A DNA stretch of 53,480 nt, taken from positions 1 through 53,480 of the forward strand of contig CAZMYN010000001.1 in assembly GCA_964570495.1 (NCBI GenBank), in the 5' to 3' direction. The translations under genes and the position numbers were made by a program. Origin of the DNA: an uncultured Acidimicrobiales bacterium. Lineage in GTDB: Bacteria; Actinomycetota; Acidimicrobiia; Acidimicrobiales; SHLQ01. A model generated the notes under the pieces. The model saw only the letters and a list, made by a program, of their open reading frames with translations. It had not been told where the DNA came from and ran no database searches. This document shows, piece by piece, positions 8,456 to 17,279 of this stretch (positions are counted from its first letter, which is position 1; every line of letters starts with the position of its first letter).

Positions 8456-9211
8456 ATGGCAGGAGACAGTCCAATGGAAACCAATATGGCCGCCGCCGGA
8501 ACCGTCGATGCCGTCAAGATCTACGGCGAAGGCGACACCGAGGTCCGAGCCCTCGACGGGGTCACCGTTACCTTTCGCCAAGGTCAGTTCACCGCAATCA
8601 TGGGACCGTCGGGTTCGGGCAAATCGACCCTGATGCATTGCCTCGCCGGACTCGACCGCGTAACCAGCGGGCACGTGATGGTCGGCGAGACGAACCTGGG
8701 CGAGCTCAGTGAGAAAGAGCTGACCCTGTTGCGACGCAACAAGATCGGCTTCGTCTTTCAGGCATTCAACCTGATCCCGACCCTGACCGCGATCGAGAAC
8801 ATCACGCTTCCGCTCGACCTCGGAAAGTCCAAGCCCGATCAGGCTCTCCTCGACGACGTTGTCGAGGCGGTAGGTCTCGCCGATCGACTGTCGCACAAAC
8901 CCAACGAGCTCTCCGGCGGCCAGCAACAGCGTGTTGCGGTGGCTCGGGCGTTGGCATCGGCACCCGACGTCATCTTCGCCGACGAGCCGACCGGCAACCT
9001 CGACAGCCAGACCGGCTCGGAGATCCTTGCCTTCATGCGCCGTGCGGTCGATTCGTTCGGACAAACCATCGTGATGGTGACCCACGATCCAAGCGCCGCG
9101 GCCTACAGCGATCGAGTTCTATTCCTCGCCGACGGCAAGATCGTCAGTGAACTCCTCGACCCGACAACCGACACCATCCTTGAGTCTTTGCGCGCAGCCA
9201 CGGTTACCTAA
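8456..9211 (+). CDS. ABC transporter ATP-binding protein (MacB/LolD-like)
   Basis: Walker A 'GPSGSGKST', signature 'LSGGQQQRVAVARAL' and Walker B 'VIFADEPTGNLD'. The start could instead be one of the nearby in-frame ATGs at 8474 or 8486. Confidence 0.9.
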   Translation: MAGDSPMETNMAAAGTVDAVKIYGEGDTEVRALDGVTVTFRQGQFTAIMGPSGSGKSTLMHCLAGLDRVTSGHVMVGETNLGELSEKELTLLRRNKIGFVFQAFNLIPTLTAIENITLPLDLGKSKPDQALLDDVVEAVGLADRLSHKPNELSGGQQQRVAVARALASAPDVIFADEPTGNLDSQTGSEILAFMRRAVDSFGQTIVMVTHDPSAAAYSDRVLFLADGKIVSELLDPTTDTILESLRAATVT

Positions 9212-9214
9212 GCA

Positions 9215-11812
9215 ATGTTCAAGCTCGCACTCAAGAACCTGGCTCAAAACAAGGTCCGCCTTGGCCTGACCATGTTTGCGATCGTGCTCGGCGTTGGATT
9301 CGTCGTCTCGTCGTTCGTGCTGCGCGATGGGCTAAAGGAAGTCTTCAACGAGCTGTCAGAACAGGTCGTGGCAGGCGTCGACATCGGGGTCAGCGCGTTC
9401 GACACAGATCGCGATCCAGTAACCCAAGGCGACCTCGATGCAATCTCGGACCTCGACGGAATTCGACTCGCTGTGCTGGGCATGGACGGCGAGGGTTACG
9501 AGAACCGGCTCCAGCCCGTCAAGCCCGACGGCGAGACAATCAGTCTCCAAGGCCCGCCCCAGCTCGTATTTTCTTGGATCGAAGATCCCGGTATCAGCGC
9601 GACGACCGTGTTGGACGGCCGCGCACCGCTGAACGAGGACGAGTGGGTCATCGACACTGCCAGCCTCGAAGAACACGGCTTTGTGGTGGGCGATACCTAC
9701 ACCTTCGTCACCCCGTCAGGCCAACAACAATCTGAACTCGTCGGCACCTACACCTTCGATGGCTTTGTCGAAGGCCCGACCTTCATATCAATGCAAGCCG
9801 ACACGATTCGCGAGTGGATGCAGTTTGGTGAACGATTCGACTTCATCGCTATCTCCGCGGACGGATCCGTTCCGATCCCCGATCTGCAAGCCGAAGTCGA
9901 CGCGCGACTGAACAACGGCCAAGCTCGACTTCTCGTTCAAGACCAAGCAGGTCTGATCGCCGACGCGCAGGCGGGGTTCAACGAAGCCCTCGACATCATC
10001 GGCGGAATCCTGCTCGGCTTCGCGTTCGTCTCGCTGTTCGTCTCGATCTTCATCATCGCGAACACCTTCGCCATCACCACCAGCCAGCGAACCCGTGAAC
10101 TCGGCCTACTGCGTGCCATCGGCGCGACCCCTCGACAGATCCTGCGATCGGTCGTGTCCGAGTCGTTCATAATCGGCATCATCGCATCGATCCTCGGAAT
10201 CGGTGCCGGAATCGTCATCGCGTTCGCGCTTCGGGCCATCCTGAATTCGATCGGGTTGTCCATCCCAAGCTTCGGTGTCGTCCTTCAACCACAGACGATC
10301 CTCTATGCCTTCCTCGTGGGAACTCTCGTGTCGGTGATCTCGGCGATCGTGCCGGCCATCGGGGCCTCACGCACGTCACCAATCGCTGCTATCACCGGAC
10401 ACTCCACGACCCGCGAACGTTCGGTTGGACGCTTCGTCATCGGCTCGATCATCACGGCGCTCGGAATCGCCCTCATGGCACTGGGCCTGTTCGGCGGCGC
10501 TGACTCGGTCATCGGAGTCCTCGCTCCGCTCGGTGCTGGCGCCATGTTGCTCTTCATTGGCATCACACTGCTTAGCCCCCTCGTCGCTGGACCACTCAGC
10601 CGACTGATCGGCGCTCCAATCGCAGGAATCTTCGGAACACCGGGCCGACTGGCGCAACAGAACTCTGCTCGGAACCCACGCCGCACTGCCACAACCGCCG
10701 CGGCCTTGATGATTGGTCTGTCTCTCGTCTCGATGGCGTCTGTCCTCGGCGAATCGTTCAAGGCCCAGTTCGATGACCTGCTCAACACGTCCGTTCAAGC
10801 CGATTTCATCGTGAGTAGTGATCAAACCGACATTCCCGATGAAGTCGGAGTCCAAATCGCCGGCGATCCGGCCTTCGGAAATGTGAGTGCGGTCAGGTAC
10901 TGGGGTGTCGCTCTACAAAACGAGGCGCTGGAAGCCGACCCCGTGGCCCTCCCAGCCGACGCCACGGACGTACTGGAAGGCGCGAACTTCTTCACCGACG
11001 TCGGGGCATTCGACTACTCCCAGGTTGACGGTCTCTTCAACTTCGACGTCATCGAGGGGTCGCTAGAAGACATCACGAACGAGACGGTCGGTATTCGCGA
11101 CACCGTGTCCGAAGATCTGGGCATCGGGCTCGGCGACGTCGTTCAACTGATTCTCCTCGACGGATCCGTAGCCGACCTCGAGGTCGTGTCGATACACGAA
11201 GAGGAGCAGGTATCGGGATCCCTGTTGATCTCGTTCGATCGATTCGACCAAGTCTCACCTCAACGGACGAACGACTTTGTGGCTGCGACCGTGGCCGACG
11301 GCGTGTCGGTTGAAGACGCCGAAGAATCGTTTGCCGCCCTCGGTACCGAGTATCCGAACCTCAACTTCCAGTCGTCGGCTGAGTTCCGTCAATCCTTTGC
11401 CGACCAGATCAACTTCATCTTGAACCTGCTGACCGTGTTGCTCGGCTTGACCATCTTCATTGCGATTCTCGGAATCGCCAACACCCTCGCACTGTCGGTA
11501 TTCGAACGAACCCGCGAGATCGGACTCCTGCGAGCCGTCGGAATGTCACGACGCCAAAACCGCCGGATGATCCGCTGGGAAGCCGTCATCATTGCAGCGG
11601 TGGGGGCAGTCCTCGGTACCGCACTCGGTGTGGCGCTCGGAGTTCTCATGGTCCAGGCCATCCCCGATGAGATCATCAGCTCGTTCGCTCTGCCATGGAC
11701 GCGCATCATCATCATGGCTGTCGTTGCATCGTTGATGGGCCTTCTCGCAGCCCTGTTCCCCGCCTGGCGAGCATCGAGAATGAACGTCCTCGACGCAATC
11801 TCACACGCGTAA
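9215..11812 (+). CDS. ABC transporter permease, FtsX/MacB-type (duplicated FtsX domain)
   Basis: 865 aa, starting 3 nt after the ATPase gene. Two FtsX-type modules are marked by 'RTRELGLLRAIGATPRQI' and 'RTREIGLLRAVGMSRRQ'. Large extracytoplasmic domains follow TM1 and TM5-equivalents. Confidence 0.9.
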   Translation: MFKLALKNLAQNKVRLGLTMFAIVLGVGFVVSSFVLRDGLKEVFNELSEQVVAGVDIGVSAFDTDRDPVTQGDLDAISDLDGIRLAVLGMDGEGYENRLQPVKPDGETISLQGPPQLVFSWIEDPGISATTVLDGRAPLNEDEWVIDTASLEEHGFVVGDTYTFVTPSGQQQSELVGTYTFDGFVEGPTFISMQADTIREWMQFGERFDFIAISADGSVPIPDLQAEVDARLNNGQARLLVQDQAGLIADAQAGFNEALDIIGGILLGFAFVSLFVSIFIIANTFAITTSQRTRELGLLRAIGATPRQILRSVVSESFIIGIIASILGIGAGIVIAFALRAILNSIGLSIPSFGVVLQPQTILYAFLVGTLVSVISAIVPAIGASRTSPIAAITGHSTTRERSVGRFVIGSIITALGIALMALGLFGGADSVIGVLAPLGAGAMLLFIGITLLSPLVAGPLSRLIGAPIAGIFGTPGRLAQQNSARNPRRTATTAAALMIGLSLVSMASVLGESFKAQFDDLLNTSVQADFIVSSDQTDIPDEVGVQIAGDPAFGNVSAVRYWGVALQNEALEADPVALPADATDVLEGANFFTDVGAFDYSQVDGLFNFDVIEGSLEDITNETVGIRDTVSEDLGIGLGDVVQLILLDGSVADLEVVSIHEEEQVSGSLLISFDRFDQVSPQRTNDFVAATVADGVSVEDAEESFAALGTEYPNLNFQSSAEFRQSFADQINFILNLLTVLLGLTIFIAILGIANTLALSVFERTREIGLLRAVGMSRRQNRRMIRWEAVIIAAVGAVLGTALGVALGVLMVQAIPDEIISSFALPWTRIIIMAVVASLMGLLAALFPAWRASRMNVLDAISHA

Positions 11813-11911
11813 CCGCCAAGTCGCTCCGCTCCTATTGTGGCGGCACGCTTAGTGAGCCCTATTCCCCTTCGGGGAGCGTTCAGGCGGCACGCAGCCTTTG
11901 CGCCGGAGGCG
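11813..11911. repeat. intergenic repeat element, family 1, single-unit copy (inverted relative to 48770-48909)
   Basis: The core CCCCTTCGGGGAGCGTTCAGGCGGCACGCAGCC (11864-11896) is the reverse complement of the unit repeated at 48781-48858, with one mismatch. The flanking CGCCGGAGGCG (11901-11911) matches CGCCTCCGGCG at 48771-48781. A terminal hairpin CCGCCA...TGGCGG (11813-11843) corresponds to GGTGGCA...TGCCACC at 48878-48909. Confidence 0.8.
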
Positions 11912-11946
11912 GACGTAGCAGGGCGGCTCGTGTGATGTTTTGGGAA

Positions 11947-11987
11947 AGTGGCCTGGCACCAAAGCACCCTTTTGGTGCCAGGCCACT
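11947..11987. repeat. 17-bp perfect-stem hairpin built from two family-2 palindrome half-copies (possible terminator)
   Basis: AGTGGCCTGGCACCAAA (11947-11963), a 7-nt loop, then TTTGGTGCCAGGCCACT (11971-11987) as its exact reverse complement. It is followed by ATTTTCGATT. Confidence 0.75.
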
Positions 11988-12081
11988 ATTTTCGATTCGC
12001 GGTCGAATAGTGAGCGAAAACGATCACTTCTGCACGGGTGTGCCCGCTATTCCACAGGCCTTTTGCAGTCTGATTAGGCGA

Positions 12082-12100
12082 TTTGGTGCCTGGCACCAAA
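12082..12100. repeat. 19-bp perfect palindrome TTTGGTGCCTGGCACCAAA (family 2), 52 nt upstream of the HTH-zincin gene
   Basis: Self-complementary around the central T. The same GGTGCCWGGCACC core recurs at 31108-31339. Confidence 0.8.
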
Positions 12101-12152
12101 AGGGTGTTTTGGGCGTGGAGGCGCGAGGGGTTGGCGCGTCGGGAAGGGCCAA

Positions 12153-13469
12153 ATGGCTCAGCCAATCTGGGCCGGAAGAACCGACAATGGCCTCGTGAGC
12201 CTTTCTTCGGTATCGGTAGTACCAGCCAACCGCCTCGGACAGCTGCTTAGCGAGGCACGTCTACGCACGGGTGGCGACCTCGAGGAACTCGCCTCTCGAA
12301 GCGACTTTACGGTCGGCGAGCTCAGCGACTTGGAAGCAGGCCATCGCCTCCTCAGCGACGATCTTGTCTCTGAAGTCACCAACCTCTACGAGGTGGACTG
12401 CGGCATCATCGTTCCCCAACGCGCCGAGCTCACCATCGACATGACGGACCGCACGATGTCGGCGGCGGGGCGCGCCGTGCGCCTCGACTCCCAGGCCCAC
12501 GATCACGTTCTCGATCGCTACCTCTCCCTCGTCTATCTCCTTCGCAATTCTCAACCGGGTCGCGAAGTTCCACTGCGCGACGAAGACCTCGCAATTCTCG
12601 CCGCGTCGCTCGCAGAGCGCGAAGAACTCATTGCCGACCAACTACGTCGTGCAATGGCCGACGACACCGACTCGGTTCGCGGGCTTGTTGCATGGTTCAA
12701 GAACCGACTGTGGGTTCCACGCGCAGGCGCCCTCATCGGCGCTGTCTCGGTCGGAACGCTCGTCATGATTTCGAGCGACACGGCTCTTTCACCAAATTTC
12801 CCGACCGAACCAGAGCCGGATCCAGATCCCGACGGCGCAGGTAACGGCGATGGAGTGACACGACCGAATGCCGTTGCGGGGCTCATCCTTCCGCGAAACA
12901 CCACACCCGCTACTGGCCAAGCACCGATCACCGACAGTGCGACCCCACCGGTTTCATCCGTTGACGCACCTGACCTCAACAGGCCCACACCCACAACCGC
13001 TGTTGGCGAACGTCCAGCCACCCGCCAAGCAGAGATCGGTGCGCAAGCCGAAGGACTTCTCCCCTTCGACTGGCAAGCAGTGTTGCCCGACTGGCGGATC
13101 GTCTACAGCGGCCCAAACGAAGGGTTCCGCGGCCTCACCTACCCGTACGAGCAATCGATCGAAATGTTCGTTCGAGACGACGACACACCCGAATCGCTTG
13201 CCGCAATTCTGGCCCACGAGCTCGGGCACGCAATCGATGTGACCTACTTGGACGACGGCCACCGCGATATGTGGCGTGAATCTCGCCAGCTCGGCGATGT
13301 CCAATGGTGGCCCGACGCGTATGCGAGCGACTTTCAGGTCGGTGCCGGCGACTTTGCCGAGGGGTTTGCCTATTGGGCCCTCAAGGACCCCAGCTCGTCG
13401 CAAATCGCGGGCGACCCGACCAACGAGCAGTTGGCGACACTCGAAGCGATCCTCGGCGATATCTTCTGA
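12153..13469 (+). CDS. membrane-spanning protein with N-terminal XRE-type HTH and C-terminal HExxH zincin-like domain
   Basis: The HTH-like segment is 'LGQLLSEARLRTGGDLEELASRSDFTVGELSDLEAGHR'. There is one TM helix (AGALIGAVSVGTLVMI), a Pro/Asp-rich linker, and 'LAAILAHELGHAIDVTY' (HExxH) in the C-terminal domain. Confidence 0.65.
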   Translation: MAQPIWAGRTDNGLVSLSSVSVVPANRLGQLLSEARLRTGGDLEELASRSDFTVGELSDLEAGHRLLSDDLVSEVTNLYEVDCGIIVPQRAELTIDMTDRTMSAAGRAVRLDSQAHDHVLDRYLSLVYLLRNSQPGREVPLRDEDLAILAASLAEREELIADQLRRAMADDTDSVRGLVAWFKNRLWVPRAGALIGAVSVGTLVMISSDTALSPNFPTEPEPDPDPDGAGNGDGVTRPNAVAGLILPRNTTPATGQAPITDSATPPVSSVDAPDLNRPTPTTAVGERPATRQAEIGAQAEGLLPFDWQAVLPDWRIVYSGPNEGFRGLTYPYEQSIEMFVRDDDTPESLAAILAHELGHAIDVTYLDDGHRDMWRESRQLGDVQWWPDAYASDFQVGAGDFAEGFAYWALKDPSSSQIAGDPTNEQLATLEAILGDIF

Positions 13470-13568
13470 AATATCAACGATTTCGAGCTATTCGGCCACC
13501 TTCTGCAAGGCACTGAACTCGCAGAACGTTCACTAATTGTGTCGGCTGTCACATCAAATGCCGCGACT

Positions 13569-13597
13569 TTGTTACCGAGTGGTACGTCTCTATATAT
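13569..13597 (+). promoter_or_regulatory. candidate sigma-70-type promoter
   Basis: TTGTTA (13569-13574), a 16-17 nt spacer, then TATATAT (13591-13597), in a locally AT-rich patch of an otherwise GC-rich 430-bp intergenic region. The predicted start is about 13603, just before the first hairpin. Confidence 0.3.
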
Positions 13598-13599
13598 GT

Positions 13600-13755
13600 C
13601 TGACACCGGGCCGGTACCCGCCACCAGCCCGGTGTTGGATCAAATCGCTGAGACACCTCTCCACAGGTGCCTCGACGCAGGGTCCGCCAACCCCCCAGGC
13701 CGGCCCAAAATCTCGGCCCCGGTGAGGTATCCCGCCACCAAACCGGGGCCGGGGC
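13600..13755 (+). ncRNA. candidate small RNA or structured 5' leader with two hairpins presenting identical C-rich loops (6C-like)
   Basis: Hairpin 1: CACCGGGC (13604-13611) / GCCCGGTG (13627-13634), loop cggtaCCCGCCACCA. Hairpin 2: GGCCCCGGT (13715-13723) / ACCGGGGCC (13742-13750), loop gaggtatCCCGCCACCAa. A CCCCCC run lies between them (13691-13696). No obvious U-tract terminator. Confidence 0.3.
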
Positions 13756-13901
13756 AATCATTCCTCGGCGCTTCCGGCCGACTTCCAGGGAAAGCGGACA
13801 GTTGCTTTGGCGCTTCCGGCCAACCTTCGGGATTTCAGTTTCGTGTCACTGGCAAGCGGGCTGGCACCTCGAAGATTTGAAGGGAAGGGTAGTTTTTTCG
13901 A

Positions 13902-14672
13902 ATGAGCAAAGCTGTGGTTTCACTCATCACCATCGCGGGCGTGTTCCTGCTCGTCCTCATCGTGCTCGCCGCGCTCTTGTCGTTCGGCTGGCTCGACATT
14001 CGCTGGCCCTGGGAGGACATTGTCGAACAAGAGTCGGCGGTAGCGGTCGACGTCGAAGAGGGTCCCGCCCGAATTCTGGCCATCGAGCCAATCTCTCTTG
14101 ATTGTCGTGCCCGGATCGAGGCCGAAGTGCCAATCGTCGGCACTCAACGCACCACGATCGCTGGTGCGACCGTGAGCACCGACACCATCCGCATGCGGGC
14201 CGTTGGCGACGTTGATACTTGCGTCAATTCCGACGGAGTCGATATCAACGAACGAACCGACGGAACCATCGGCGTGATCATCGATGCTGGCGCAATCGAA
14301 TTCGTCCGACCGCGCGTCGATGCCGTTGCCACCATGGACTCGGTCTCCACCGACCGCGGCGTGATCAACCAATTCGTCGACATCTTCCCGTGGACAAACG
14401 AAGACGACGAACTGACCCCCGCAGCATTCGCCTTCGCGCAAACAGTCATCGGCGGCAGCTCGTGCATGCAAGCTGCCTATGACCAGACCACGAGCACCCT
14501 CGAAGACGCCTACCGAGACCAAATGGTTGCCCAAGGCGCAAACGCGAATGACATCGAAATCATCATTCGTGGAGTCCCCGACTTTGTTCAGAACGACCCG
14601 GACATTCCCCAACTCGGTGAGTTCGAGTTCGGTGCTGACGGCTCAGCGTCATGCGTTGTTGCTAGGCCCTAG
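13902..14672 (+). CDS. hypothetical membrane-anchored protein
   Basis: 256 aa, preceded by GAAGGGAAGGG. The N-terminal TM is 'VVSLITIAGVFLLVLIVLAALLSFGWL', followed by an acidic extracytoplasmic domain with 2-3 Cys. No family recognised. Confidence 0.6.
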   Translation: MSKAVVSLITIAGVFLLVLIVLAALLSFGWLDIRWPWEDIVEQESAVAVDVEEGPARILAIEPISLDCRARIEAEVPIVGTQRTTIAGATVSTDTIRMRAVGDVDTCVNSDGVDINERTDGTIGVIIDAGAIEFVRPRVDAVATMDSVSTDRGVINQFVDIFPWTNEDDELTPAAFAFAQTVIGGSSCMQAAYDQTTSTLEDAYRDQMVAQGANANDIEIIIRGVPDFVQNDPDIPQLGEFEFGADGSASCVVARP

Positions 14673-14718
14673 AGAACTTTCGTACGAAAAGCTCAGTAGG
14701 CGCCGATAATCTTTCTTC

Positions 14719-15891
14719 GTGCTCCACATATTCGACACTTCACAGTCGATGGTCGTTCCCTTTGAGCCTGGCCCGATCGTTCGGATGTATATCTGCGGGA
14801 TAACGCCCTATGACTCGACCCATCTCGGACACGCCAGCACCTATCTGACCTACGACCTGCTCATTCGGCGACTCGAAGACCTCGGCCACGAGGTACAGAT
14901 GGTTCGCAACGTCACCGATGTCGACGATTCGATCCTGCCAAAGGCACGCGAACTCGGAATCGACTTCCTCGAACTTGCCGCCACCGAGATGGCTCGCTTT
15001 CACGGTGACATGGAAGCGCTCAACACGCGGCCACCCATCGCTGAGCCGCGCGCGACCGAGTCCATCGAACCAATCGTCGACCTCATCGAGCGCCTGCGAG
15101 ACGAGGGGCACACCTACACCAAGGAAGGCATTACCTGGTTCGACGTATCGACCACACCCGAATTTGGTCGGCTCTCCGGATACGCCGAAGACACCATGTT
15201 GACACTCGCCGAGGAGCGAGGCGGCACTCCCGACGATGTTCGACAACGCAACCCGCTCGACTTCATCTTGTGGCAGCCCTCCGCCGACGACGAACCGTCT
15301 TGGGAGTCTCCGTTTGGTACGGGTCGACCGGGCTGGCACATCGAATGCAGCGCCATGAGCTGGGCGCAATTCGGCGAGACTCTCGACATCCACGGCGGAG
15401 GGACCGATCTGATCTTCCCCCACCACGAATGCGAATCGGTGCAATCCGAACGCGGCTACGGAGCGCCGCTCGCTCGGCACTGGATGCACTCGGGGATGGT
15501 TGCGTACCAGGGAACGAAAATGTCGAAATCGCTGGGCAACCTCGTGTTCGTGAGCGATTTGGTTGCCTCCCACAGCCCGCAAGCGGTTCGTCTGGCGCTC
15601 ATGGGTCACCACTATCGCGACGACTGGGAATGGTTCGATGGCGACATCGACGACGGCCAGGAACGGTTCGATCGAATTGTCGCAGCCATCGCCCACGGTG
15701 CCGGACCCGACCCTGAACCCACGTTGGCGGCGGTTCGTGCAGCGCTCGATGACGACCTCGACGCGCCCACGGCACGCGATGCCCTCGACGCCCTCGCCAG
15801 ATCCATCCTCGACGGCGACGATGACAGCCACGCCGACGCTGGTGAAGGCCTCCAACGGGCCAGCGAACTCGTTGGACTCCTGTTCACATGA
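14719..15891 (+). CDS. mshC: cysteine:1D-myo-inosityl 2-amino-2-deoxy-alpha-D-glucopyranoside ligase (mycothiol ligase MshC)
   Basis: 390 aa with a CysRS-like catalytic core but no C-terminal anticodon-binding domain. Motifs: 'MYICGITPYDSTHLGHASTYLTYD' (HIGH), 'AEERGGTPDD', '[22 protein letters not shown]', 'GGGTDLIFPHHE' and 'KMSKSLGN'. This pattern matches MshC as I recall it from mycobacteria. Confidence 0.8.
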   Translation: MLHIFDTSQSMVVPFEPGPIVRMYICGITPYDSTHLGHASTYLTYDLLIRRLEDLGHEVQMVRNVTDVDDSILPKARELGIDFLELAATEMARFHGDMEALNTRPPIAEPRATESIEPIVDLIERLRDEGHTYTKEGITWFDVSTTPEFGRLSGYAEDTMLTLAEERGGTPDDVRQRNPLDFILWQPSADDEPSWESPFGTGRPGWHIECSAMSWAQFGETLDIHGGGTDLIFPHHECESVQSERGYGAPLARHWMHSGMVAYQGTKMSKSLGNLVFVSDLVASHSPQAVRLALMGHHYRDDWEWFDGDIDDGQERFDRIVAAIAHGAGPDPEPTLAAVRAALDDDLDAPTARDALDALARSILDGDDDSHADAGEGLQRASELVGLLFT

Positions 15892-17279
15892 AGATCTTCG
15901 ACACGCTCCAAGACCAACTCGTCGAGTTCGAAACGCGCGTACCTAACGAGGTGTCGCTCTACGCGTGCGGGCCCACCGTCTACAGCCATCCACACCTTGG
16001 ACATGCCCGTCAGTCGATGACCTACGACATCATTCGGCGCTACTTCGAGTGGACCGGCATGACGGTTCGCCATGTCGCGAACATCACCGACATCGATGAC
16101 AACATCATCAACCGCGCCCTGGACGAAGGCTCCACCGAACCGGAGGTGGCTCGGTACTGGGAAGGCGTCTACCTCGATGCAATGGACTCGCTCAACATTC
16201 TGAGGCCGCACGATCAGCCGCATGCAACGGAGTACGTGGCCGAGATGATCGACATGATCTCGGTGCTCGTCGAGAACGGCTCGGCCTACACCACCGACTC
16301 GGGGGTCTATCTGCGGGTCCGTTCTGTCGAGACGTACGGGGCGCTCGTACATCGAACCCCCGACGAACTCGCCGAAGGCGCACGAGCGCGCGTCGAGGTC
16401 GACGAGAAGAAAGAAGACCCCCTCGACTTTGCACTGTGGAAGGCAGCCAAGCCGGGCGAACCCACATGGGATTCGCCATGGGGTCCTGGACGCCCGGGCT
16501 GGCACATCGAGTGCGCAGCGATGAGCCTCGGCCTTCTCGGCGACGGCTTCGACATCCATGGAGGCGGCAGCGACCTCGTCTTTCCCCACCACACGAACGA
16601 ACGTGCAGAGGCGATCGCCGCCGGCCGTGACTTCGCTCGCTACTGGATCCATAACGCGATGCTGAACATCGGCGGCGAGAAGATGTCGAAGTCGCTCAAC
16701 AACTTCAAGACCATCCAGAACCTTCTCGACGAAGACCCCTTGAACGCGAGGGCCCTCCGGTTGCTGTTGCTCCGCACCCACTATCGCAAGACCCTCGAGA
16801 TCAATCCCGAGGTCATGGCCGACGCCCGCGAGGGCATCAAACGAATCGACGCCATGGCCCGCAAGGCTTCCGCGAACGGAGTCGACGTGACGAGCACCGA
16901 TCGCGACGCCGCCGCGATCGCTCGATTCCGAGAAGCTATGGACCGAGATTTCGGAACCCCCGACGCACTGGCCGTTGTCTTCGACATGGTTCGCCAGGCA
17001 AACAGTGCGCTCGACGGTGATGACGGCGCCGGTCAGGCCACCGCATTCGCACTCACCGCGCTCGAATTGGCCAACGTGTTGGGCCTGGCGGTCGCTATCG
17101 GCAGCGACGACCCAGCAGCTGGGGCCGGCGATGCCGAGATCGAGGCACTGGTGGCTGCGCGAACCGAAGCCAAGGCCAACAAGGACTTCGCCGAAGCCGA
17201 TCGCATCCGTGACGAGCTAGCAGCCCAAGGCATCACGATCGAAGACACCGCCAATGGCCCCCTCTGGTACACGAACTAG
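15888..17279 (+). CDS. cysS: cysteine--tRNA ligase
   Basis: 463 aa. Motifs: '[24 protein letters not shown]' (HIGH), '[35 protein letters not shown]', 'KMSKSLNN', plus a full C-terminal helical/anticodon-binding extension. The ATG overlaps the mshC stop (ATGA). Confidence 0.95.
   Translation: MKIFDTLQDQLVEFETRVPNEVSLYACGPTVYSHPHLGHARQSMTYDIIRRYFEWTGMTVRHVANITDIDDNIINRALDEGSTEPEVARYWEGVYLDAMDSLNILRPHDQPHATEYVAEMIDMISVLVENGSAYTTDSGVYLRVRSVETYGALVHRTPDELAEGARARVEVDEKKEDPLDFALWKAAKPGEPTWDSPWGPGRPGWHIECAAMSLGLLGDGFDIHGGGSDLVFPHHTNERAEAIAAGRDFARYWIHNAMLNIGGEKMSKSLNNFKTIQNLLDEDPLNARALRLLLLRTHYRKTLEINPEVMADAREGIKRIDAMARKASANGVDVTSTDRDAAAIARFREAMDRDFGTPDALAVVFDMVRQANSALDGDDGAGQATAFALTALELANVLGLAVAIGSDDPAAGAGDAEIEALVAARTEAKANKDFAEADRIRDELAAQGITIEDTANGPLWYTN

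Noticed and set aside
7661-9085. 474-aa ORF on the minus strand, as listed in the ORF track
   Set aside because: Only the distal 240 codons (from ATG 8380) look like a real DedA protein. The upstream 234 codons run antisense through the ABC ATPase gene (8456-9211), whose Walker and signature motifs are unambiguous, and they have an Arg/Gly-rich shadow-ORF composition.
12082-12110. Sigma-54 promoter (TGGCAC...)
   Set aside because: The TGGCAC is part of a perfect palindrome. There is no TTGC element at the required 4-5 nt spacing, and Actinobacteria are not known to encode RpoN.
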